Assembly (NCBI GenBank): GCA_963716395.1
Contig: OY970309.1
Coordinates: forward strand, 2,281,365-2,345,364
Length of the DNA: 64,000 nt
Direction: 5' to 3'
Source of the DNA: an uncultured Fibrobacteria bacterium
GTDB taxonomy: Bacteria; Fibrobacterota; Fibrobacteria; UBA11236
The translations under genes were made by a program, and so were the position numbers. Shown here piece after piece: positions 58,116 through 64,000 of this stretch. Position 1 is the first letter of the stretch. Each line of letters begins with the position of its first letter. The notes below the pieces were generated by a model. The model was not told the origin of the DNA, searched no databases, and saw only the letters and a list, made by a program, of their open reading frames with translations.

Positions 58116-59324
58116 ATGAAACCCCGTCCTTTACACCAGCCTCTCATCCTTCTCGTCCTGATCGCCGGCGCCGCCCAAGCGGATTACATCAACAGCACCG
58201 TCACCCTTGGAGGGTATGCGTTGGATTCCAAGGACGCGACCAATAGCAACGACTTCTACCAAATGGAACGCGTCAACGTTTCGGCTTTGGAAAACGGCCT
58301 GGATCTACATCTCGCCTACGGCTATTCCGATTTCTATGAAAAGCGCCCCAACACCTATCAGACTTCCAATCGCCTCGCCTTGGCCAATGTCGGATTCACC
58401 CCGGCCGGAATCGACGGGCTGCGCGTCGAAGGCGGACGAGACTTCATGAGCTTGATCGATCGCCCGCTCTACTATGATGGGGCCGAAGCGCGCTATCAGT
58501 ATCAAGGGTTTGTGCAGGCAGAATTGTTCGGCGGCTACGGCGTTCCCACGGTTTATCAAAGCGATCTCGTGGATTTCAATTCGGACAAAGCCCTGATGGG
58601 CGGCAAGCTCACCTTCACCCCGCTTTCCCAGTTGCTCATCCATCTCGACGGCTTGGTCAACGGCCGGCAGGATGACGGAACGCTCGGCGGCGACATTCAG
58701 GGAAGCCTGGGCGACCAGGTCACGGTGTCGGCCAACTCCGTCTACCGGCTGGATTCGAATTACTTCTCCCGGGCGGAAATTTCCGTGCTGGCCAGCGTCG
58801 TTCACCGCGTCCAGTACCAGCTTCGGTTCGGATACCAGGACGAAAAAATCGACTCAACCCGAAACTACGACTATTTCGTCAACCAGGCCCACCAGTACAT
58901 GCTGACGGGGTTCGTGTATTCCTGGAACGAGAAAATCAGCGCCGACGCGGATTACGGGGTGCTGATGTACACCGACACCACGGGCCAACTGGCGGATTTC
59001 AAACTGAATGTCTACGGATTTTTCGTGGGCGTCAGTCAGGAATTTGCCACCGTCACCGACGCCTTCGATTTGACGGCCGGCTACAGCAACACCTACTGGA
59101 GCCGTCTGCGCCTCGACGTGGCGGGAGATTACACCCGCTACGATTTGGATCCGGTCAACATCGGACTGAAAGCCCTCGACTTTTCCGTGGCCCCCACCTA
59201 CTTCCTCGGCCACGGGCTCGAAGCGACCGTGGAGTACGAATATCTGCACAACCGCATCTACGACAGCGACAACCGATTTTACGTCGGGATTAAGGAATCC
59301 TTTTTCAGAGGTCTCTCCAAATGA
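58116..59324 (+). CDS. Outer-membrane beta-barrel protein (about 402 aa), candidate porin of a porin-cytochrome complex (OmbB/MtrB/PioB-like role)
   Basis: ATG 58116 with a GGAGAAG Shine-Dalgarno. Signal peptide MKPRPLHQPLILLVLIAGAAQA. Abundant alternating aromatic/hydrophilic beta-strands (YQYQGF, LRFGYQD, YTRYDLD...). No heme motif. ATGA overlap with the downstream nonaheme cytochrome gene. Confidence 0.7.
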   Translation: MKPRPLHQPLILLVLIAGAAQADYINSTVTLGGYALDSKDATNSNDFYQMERVNVSALENGLDLHLAYGYSDFYEKRPNTYQTSNRLALANVGFTPAGIDGLRVEGGRDFMSLIDRPLYYDGAEARYQYQGFVQAELFGGYGVPTVYQSDLVDFNSDKALMGGKLTFTPLSQLLIHLDGLVNGRQDDGTLGGDIQGSLGDQVTVSANSVYRLDSNYFSRAEISVLASVVHRVQYQLRFGYQDEKIDSTRNYDYFVNQAHQYMLTGFVYSWNEKISADADYGVLMYTDTTGQLADFKLNVYGFFVGVSQEFATVTDAFDLTAGYSNTYWSRLRLDVAGDYTRYDLDPVNIGLKALDFSVAPTYFLGHGLEATVEYEYLHNRIYDSDNRFYVGIKESFFRGLSK

Positions 59325-60073
59325 AGCAAGTAACTCTGCCGTTACTGATTTGGGGAATCGCCCTGGGAGGCGAAACCCACCAGTTCTCCCATTATCAGCA
59401 CGTCAAAACCGAAGGATTGGAATGCACCGATTGCCATATCAAAACCATGGTTTCCACCACCTTGGCCGAGGCGCGGGTGGGATTGACCTTGCAGGCCTGC
59501 GTGAAATGCCATGACGACGATTCCGACTTTCAGACCCCCAAGCCCATTGTGCTGGCCGACCCCAGTTTTCGCCTGGTCCGGTCGGACGATCCCGATTTGA
59601 AATTCAACCACCGGGCCCATGTGCTCGCGAAAGTGCAATGCGCCGCCTGCCATGGAACGATCCTGGATTCGAGCGACACCGGCCATGCGCTGCAGCCGGC
59701 CAAAAACCTGTTGACCATGGAAAGCTGCATGCAGTGCCATGTGCAGAAGGCGCAAGTCGCCTGCCTCACCTGCCATACCAAGGTCGACGAACCCCTCAAT
59801 CATTTGAGCGCGCTGTGGATCCGCAGCATGGGCCATGGGATGCAGGCCAACCTGAACAAGCAAGACTGCTCCATGTGCCATGACAAAGGCTCCATCACCA
59901 CCTGCGCCGAATGTCATATGGGCAACGACGCGCGCAAAGTGCATGGGTTGAACTACCGGTTCAACCACGGCATAGACGTGAAATTCAAAAAGCTGGACTG
60001 CGCGGTCTGTCACGCACCGCTCGATCAATTCTGCGGGGATTGCCACGAAGGCAAGGGAAGGGTGTCGAGGTGA
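59321..60073 (+). CDS. Periplasmic nonaheme cytochrome c (250 aa, 9 CxxCH), MtrA/OmaB-like in heme density
   Basis: Signal peptide MKQVTLPLLIWGIALGG. CxxCH motifs: CTDCH, CVKCH, CAACH, CMQCH, CLTCH, CSMCH, CAECH, CAVCH, CGDCH. Confidence 0.85.
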   Translation: MKQVTLPLLIWGIALGGETHQFSHYQHVKTEGLECTDCHIKTMVSTTLAEARVGLTLQACVKCHDDDSDFQTPKPIVLADPSFRLVRSDDPDLKFNHRAHVLAKVQCAACHGTILDSSDTGHALQPAKNLLTMESCMQCHVQKAQVACLTCHTKVDEPLNHLSALWIRSMGHGMQANLNKQDCSMCHDKGSITTCAECHMGNDARKVHGLNYRFNHGIDVKFKKLDCAVCHAPLDQFCGDCHEGKGRVSR

Positions 60074-60078
60074 AAGCC

Positions 60079-60834
60079 ATGCGGAAGTCGATTGCATACC
60101 CACTCACCGCCGCGCTGCTGGTCCTGGGAGGCTGCAGCAAGCTGGACAATCCGGACAAACCCGACGCCATGGCCTGCGATCTCTGCCACACCACGCCTTT
60201 GGACCAATTCGCGGTGCATCGGCTCCATCTCAGCAACTTGGCCATGGCCAATTTTCCTTACCGGAACACCTCGCCCGACTTCAATTATCCCGTCGACACC
60301 TCCCAGGGGGATTCCACCTACAAGGTCGAGGTGGATACCGCTTTCAGATTCAGCCAGAGCGCCACCCTCGACCAGGCCATGCGCTATCAACAAAACCGGC
60401 TGTTGAACGAAGGGATTCAATGCGTGGACTGCCATCGCGGGTTGGATGGGAGTTTGGTGCAAAACAACGACCCCAATCACCGCAACGGCCGGGAAGATGC
60501 GGATTTCGATACCGTCGCCTTGCTGGAAAAGCATTACGACGCCGTGGACACCGCCCATTTTCTGGCGACCGCTCCGAGCATGTCCTTTGACGGAACCACC
60601 TGCAACAACATGGTGTGCCACGGGGCGGGCCGCAAATCATTACAAAACGTGGTGTGGAATACAGCTCCGAAACTGACCGATACCATGTCATGCCTCGGGT
60701 GCCATAACACCACGAATCATAAAATCGGCGTAAGTTGCGACAAATGTCACTATGACGTTACCCTGGACGGCGGGCAGACCATCCACAACTTTCGCAAACA
60801 CTGGAACGACACCATCTATTACGGCAGGTACTAA
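60079..60834 (+). CDS. Lipoprotein multiheme cytochrome c with four CxxCH sites and one CX4CH site
   Basis: ATG 60079 with a GAGGTG Shine-Dalgarno. Lipobox LVLGGC. Motifs CDLCH, CVDCH, CNNMVCH (C-x4-CH), CLGCH and CDKCH. Confidence 0.8.
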   Translation: MRKSIAYPLTAALLVLGGCSKLDNPDKPDAMACDLCHTTPLDQFAVHRLHLSNLAMANFPYRNTSPDFNYPVDTSQGDSTYKVEVDTAFRFSQSATLDQAMRYQQNRLLNEGIQCVDCHRGLDGSLVQNNDPNHRNGREDADFDTVALLEKHYDAVDTAHFLATAPSMSFDGTTCNNMVCHGAGRKSLQNVVWNTAPKLTDTMSCLGCHNTTNHKIGVSCDKCHYDVTLDGGQTIHNFRKHWNDTIYYGRY

Positions 60835-60870
60835 ATGTCCGGAGAATCTTTTTCTAGAGGAGCGTGGAAA

Positions 60871-62241
60871 ATGAAACAGTTATTGGCTTTACCACTATTG
60901 GTTATCGGCGCAATAACCTTCATGACGGGATGTATGGTGCAAGGCCCTCCGGGCCCTCCGGGGAAGGACGGAACGGACGGGCTGAACGGAGACAGCGCCC
61001 TGGCTTCCTGCATGAAATGCCATTCCGATTCCAACTTCAACATCAAGACCGAACAGTATCAATATTCCAAGCATTTTTTAGGCACGACCGTGGCCCGGGG
61101 CCAGAGCAACCGATTCTGTGCCCGGTGCCATACCAATGAAGGTTTCCAGGAAATCACCTGGAATGGCATGCCCTTCGTCGCCGCCGAAATGCCGAATGCC
61201 ACCAAGATTCAGTGTGCCACCTGTCACACCATGACGGGCTTCGATTTCTCAAACGATACGACGACCATCAATGAAATCTTGCGAACCAATACCCCGGTGC
61301 CCTTGCTGTATCTCAATCAAGTCACCTTATCCGGCTGGACCACCACCAATACCTTCGACTTTTCCCAGGGGGCGTCCAAGATCAATAATTTGTGCGCTAC
61401 CTGCCATCAAATCCGCGGGGCCACGCAATTCACCTACACCGACACGGTGGGAGGCAAGTCGGCCACCAAAGCTTTTGCGCAAATTGCCTACTTCCCGATG
61501 GGCACGGCCATTCTACCCGGCGATACCGCTATCGCGGCCAAAGGGAATCTGAAGCAGCCAGCCGATTCGGTCGCCTATCTAGTGGGAAGAAGCTTCGCGG
61601 TGCATAATGGCAACCAGTCGAACATCTTATACGGAATGAACGGATACGACTTCGGAACGCCCATTGTCACTGGACCGCGGCATCATGCTAAGAGCAATTG
61701 CGTCGATTGCCACATGAATGCCTGGGATTCGACCACGCATACCGGCGGACATTCTCTCATCGTGAATCTCGACGACCCCGCTTGCAACGCCTGTCACAAT
61801 CTCCGAGATACCCTTGCCCAGGATTCGACGGTAGTCTCCGGCTTGCTCAAACAATTGGGCGATGCACTGGCGGCGCGGAAAGTCGCGGTGAAATCGACGA
61901 GTTCCTCCGGAGTGGTATCGTATTCCTTCCTGAACACCCATGATTTCTACGGCAAGCTCTATTCCAACAACCCGGCGGATTCGGCGGTGGTTTACGCCAG
62001 CCTGACCTCGGCGAACAAAACCGATTCGGCCACCGGGGTGATCGACTACATCAATAACGTCACCTATTCGAAGGATTCGAATTTGAAGAATAGAATCGGG
62101 CGTAAGTGGACCTATGGCGAATTGGGCGCCGCTTACAACTACGGGTTCATCAGCTCGGAAAATGATTTAGGCAAGCATAACAGCGACTATACCAAGAAGC
62201 TGCTGCAAGCCTCGATCAATTGGCTCGCCGCCCATCCGTAA
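60871..62241 (+). CDS. Lipoprotein hexaheme cytochrome c with a collagen-like Gly-X-Y segment directly after the lipobox Cys
   Basis: ATG 60871 with a GGAG Shine-Dalgarno. Lipobox FMTGC, then GPPGPPGKDGTDGLNGD. Motifs CMKCH, CARCH, CATCH, CATCH, CVDCH and CNACH. Last gene before a strong terminator. Confidence 0.8.
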   Translation: MKQLLALPLLVIGAITFMTGCMVQGPPGPPGKDGTDGLNGDSALASCMKCHSDSNFNIKTEQYQYSKHFLGTTVARGQSNRFCARCHTNEGFQEITWNGMPFVAAEMPNATKIQCATCHTMTGFDFSNDTTTINEILRTNTPVPLLYLNQVTLSGWTTTNTFDFSQGASKINNLCATCHQIRGATQFTYTDTVGGKSATKAFAQIAYFPMGTAILPGDTAIAAKGNLKQPADSVAYLVGRSFAVHNGNQSNILYGMNGYDFGTPIVTGPRHHAKSNCVDCHMNAWDSTTHTGGHSLIVNLDDPACNACHNLRDTLAQDSTVVSGLLKQLGDALAARKVAVKSTSSSGVVSYSFLNTHDFYGKLYSNNPADSAVVYASLTSANKTDSATGVIDYINNVTYSKDSNLKNRIGRKWTYGELGAAYNYGFISSENDLGKHNSDYTKKLLQASINWLAAHP

Positions 62242-62283
62242 CGAACCCCCCCGCAGGGGACGCAAAGGTCCCCGGTTGTAATG

Positions 62284-62326
62284 AAAGGCTTCAGCCCCCC
62301 CCAGGGCTGGAGCCTTTTGATTTTAC
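62284..62326 (+). terminator. Rho-independent terminator after the cytochrome operon
   Basis: Stem AAAGGCTTCAGCCC / GGGCTGGAGCCTTT (13/14 bp) with loop CCCCCCA, followed by TGATTTTA. It is preceded by a second small hairpin, GGGGAC-GCAAAG-GTCCCC, at 62256..62273. Confidence 0.55.
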
Positions 62327-62508
62327 CCGCCCTGAATCTGAAAATGTGAGCCGAGTCATTGGAGGCCCGGACTTTGCTGTCTTTGGGTGCATGATCAAAT
62401 CGGATGATTTTCAAGACAATCATCTGTCATTAATGCAAACCTACGGACAATTAGACAAATCGAGTGGGGTCGAGAATGCGCCAATCCGCCGCGGTAAAAC
62501 ACTTTAGA

Positions 62509-63177
62509 ATGCAGAACGCCACCAAGCTGCGAATTTTTCTGGGGCTGTGCCTGTCGTTGTTCATGGTGCTGCTTTTCAGTTGCCGGGAAAAGAACGAGAA
62601 GCAGAGTTATTCCGAAGTTCAAGGCTTCGACTCTCCGGTTAAACAGGAAGAGATCAAGGTGCCGGCCGATCTCCCAGCCGATCCGCACGCGGGAATGCAA
62701 ATGCCCGACGGGCAAAATCCCCCTGCGGGCATGGTGCCCGCCCATCCCGCCGGAACTCTGACATGGAAACTGCCCCCGGGTTGGACGGCCCAACCGGGAA
62801 GCGGCATGTTTTACGCCATGCTTACAACCGGTCCCGACGCCAATGCCGGGCAAGTTTCCATCATCGTTTTGCCGGGTGAGGCGGGAGGATTGCCAGCCAA
62901 TGTCGAGCGTTGGTTGGGGCAACTGGGTTTGCAACTCCCCGGCTCCGCCGTACAGAACTTCATCGCCCAGAGCAAAAAGATTCGCACCCAAGGGAACATG
63001 GACCTTACGCTGTTGGATTTCAGTTCCGTGGTCCCGGGTCCGGGCAATTCCATGCTGATGGGCATCACCAAACCCGGCGACGACTCCTACTTCATTAAAA
63101 TGATGGGACCGAAAGCCGCCTTGGAAAGCCAGAAGAAAAATTTCTTGGACTTCTGCAGTTCCTTGGTCCTGAAATGA
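62509..63177 (+). CDS. Lipoprotein of unknown function with a Met/His/Pro-rich segment, translationally coupled to resB
   Basis: ATG 62509. Lipobox LLFSC. PADPHAGMQMPDGQNPPAGMVPAHPAG segment. ATGA overlap with the downstream ResB gene. Confidence 0.5.
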   Translation: MQNATKLRIFLGLCLSLFMVLLFSCREKNEKQSYSEVQGFDSPVKQEEIKVPADLPADPHAGMQMPDGQNPPAGMVPAHPAGTLTWKLPPGWTAQPGSGMFYAMLTTGPDANAGQVSIIVLPGEAGGLPANVERWLGQLGLQLPGSAVQNFIAQSKKIRTQGNMDLTLLDFSSVVPGPGNSMLMGITKPGDDSYFIKMMGPKAALESQKKNFLDFCSSLVLK

Positions 63178-64000
63178 ACTCCGCGACCTTGGCCACCAAG
63201 TTGCGCGCCTGGCTGCCGCGCCTGGCTTCTTTGCGCATCACCGTGGTATGCCTGCTGCTGCTCTTCATCTTGACGGCTTGGGGCACGATTTACCAGGCCG
63301 GAAACGGTTTGTATGCGGCGCAGACCCGTTTTTTCCATTCCTGGTTTTTCCTCATCGGCGGCATCATCCCCTTTCCCGGAGCGCAACTCGTCATCTGGGT
63401 GCTGTTCATCAATTTGCTGGCTTCGCTGATCTTCCGCGTGAAATATTCCTGGGGAAATCTCGGCAACATCATCACCCATGCCGGCATCCTTTTTCTGATC
63501 GCCGGGTCTTTCGTGACCTATAAATACGCCGTGGAATCCTACCTCCCGCTTTCCGAAGGGGAACTTTCCAACGTTTCCCTGGATCGTCGCAATTGGGAAT
63601 TGGCCGTTTGGCATGAATCCGGCGATGCGATGGCGAAGAAAGTTTCGACCCTGGAAATGAGTCCGGACCAGATGGGGCGCGAAATCGATTTTTCCAGCCT
63701 CGGCTTCAAAGCGGTGGTGGAGAACTACTATCGGAATTGCGTCCCCGAAACCGACCCGGCCAATTCGAGCGCCGTCCGGTTAATGCCGCGCCGGCCGGCC
63801 AAAGAACCGGAAGACAATGTCGCCGGCATGGTTCTCAAGGTCGAGCCGCGCGATGGGCCGGCCCGCGAATTCGTTCTTTACGGCGACCAAACCGAACCCG
63901 TCACGGTCGGCGGTGACCTGGAGGTTTCCCTCCGGCATCAACGCCATCCCCTGCCCATGACCCTCAAACTCCTGACCGTCAGGCGGGAAGACTATGCCGG
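63174..64000 (+). CDS. resB: Cytochrome c biogenesis protein ResB/CcsB (System II), partial (continues beyond the window)
   Basis: Hand translation from ATG 63174: MNSATLATKLRAWLPRLASLRITVVCLLLLFILTAWGTIYQ... (N-terminal TM), a second TM segment, then a periplasmic domain ending ...HPLPMTLKLLTVRREDYAG, which resembles the ResB signature (...PFSLKLxDF...). It is not in the ORF track because no stop occurs before the window end. Confidence 0.7.
   Translation, partial: MNSATLATKLRAWLPRLASLRITVVCLLLLFILTAWGTIYQAGNGLYAAQTRFFHSWFFLIGGIIPFPGAQLVIWVLFINLLASLIFRVKYSWGNLGNIITHAGILFLIAGSFVTYKYAVESYLPLSEGELSNVSLDRRNWELAVWHESGDAMAKKVSTLEMSPDQMGREIDFSSLGFKAVVENYYRNCVPETDPANSSAVRLMPRRPAKEPEDNVAGMVLKVEPRDGPAREFVLYGDQTEPVTVGGDLEVSLRHQRHPLPMTLKLLTVRREDYA

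Noticed and set aside
59342-60621. Minus-strand ORFs 59342..60103 and 60025..60621 opposite the multiheme cytochrome genes
   Set aside because: Antisense. The plus-strand proteins contain 9 and 5 heme-binding motifs with signal peptides.

Overview
High-GC (roughly 65%) bacterial chromosomal segment of about 50 genes.

Four secreted proteins carry Por_Secre_tail-type (T9SS-like) C-terminal sorting domains, and a PorV/PorQ-like outer-membrane protein is present. Together these point to an FCB-superphylum-like organism, possibly Gemmatimonadota-like; this is inference only.

Main content, left to right:
- A Ser/Thr kinase plus a small HAD phosphatase, then mnmA.
- A Lol-like operon on the minus strand: LolA-like protein, two FtsX permeases, an ABC ATPase and an outer-membrane barrel.
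- A cNMP-binding/DUF4388 protein.
- A ~12.9 kb locus encoding a giant adhesin-like surface protein (about 6 DUF2341 modules, LamG lectin domains, a parallel beta-helix region and a T9SS C-terminal domain). It is split into two ORFs by an apparent frameshift.
- hemW, then three secreted enzymes or beta-propellers with T9SS tails.
- An OmpR-type two-component system (its kinase is frameshifted) followed by an OMF-MFP-RND efflux operon in czcCBA-like order.
- A ~5 kb low-GC island (35-50% GC) next to tRNA-Lys(UUU), with orphan secreted proteins and an ankyrin gene interrupted by an in-frame TAG.
- Membrane H+-pyrophosphatase (hppA) translationally coupled to an NtrC-type two-component system.
- An ACIII/Qrc-like quinol-oxidoreductase module: monoheme and pentaheme cytochromes c, a Tat-signal molybdopterin subunit, a 4Fe-4S subunit and an NrfD-type membrane subunit.
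- Divergently from that module, an outer-membrane beta-barrel followed by a nonaheme cytochrome and two multiheme lipoprotein cytochromes (one with a collagen-like Gly-X-Y stretch and one with a CX4CH site), ended by a strong terminator. This looks like a porin-cytochrome extracellular-electron-transfer conduit.
- A lipoprotein coupled to ResB/CcsB (cytochrome c biogenesis System II).

No CRISPR arrays, integrases or transposases were seen. Several frameshift-like anomalies sit near homopolymers, so assembly indels cannot be excluded. The ORF track renders TTG/GTG starts as M (e.g. 19246 is TTG); gene starts were adjusted by eye and are approximate.
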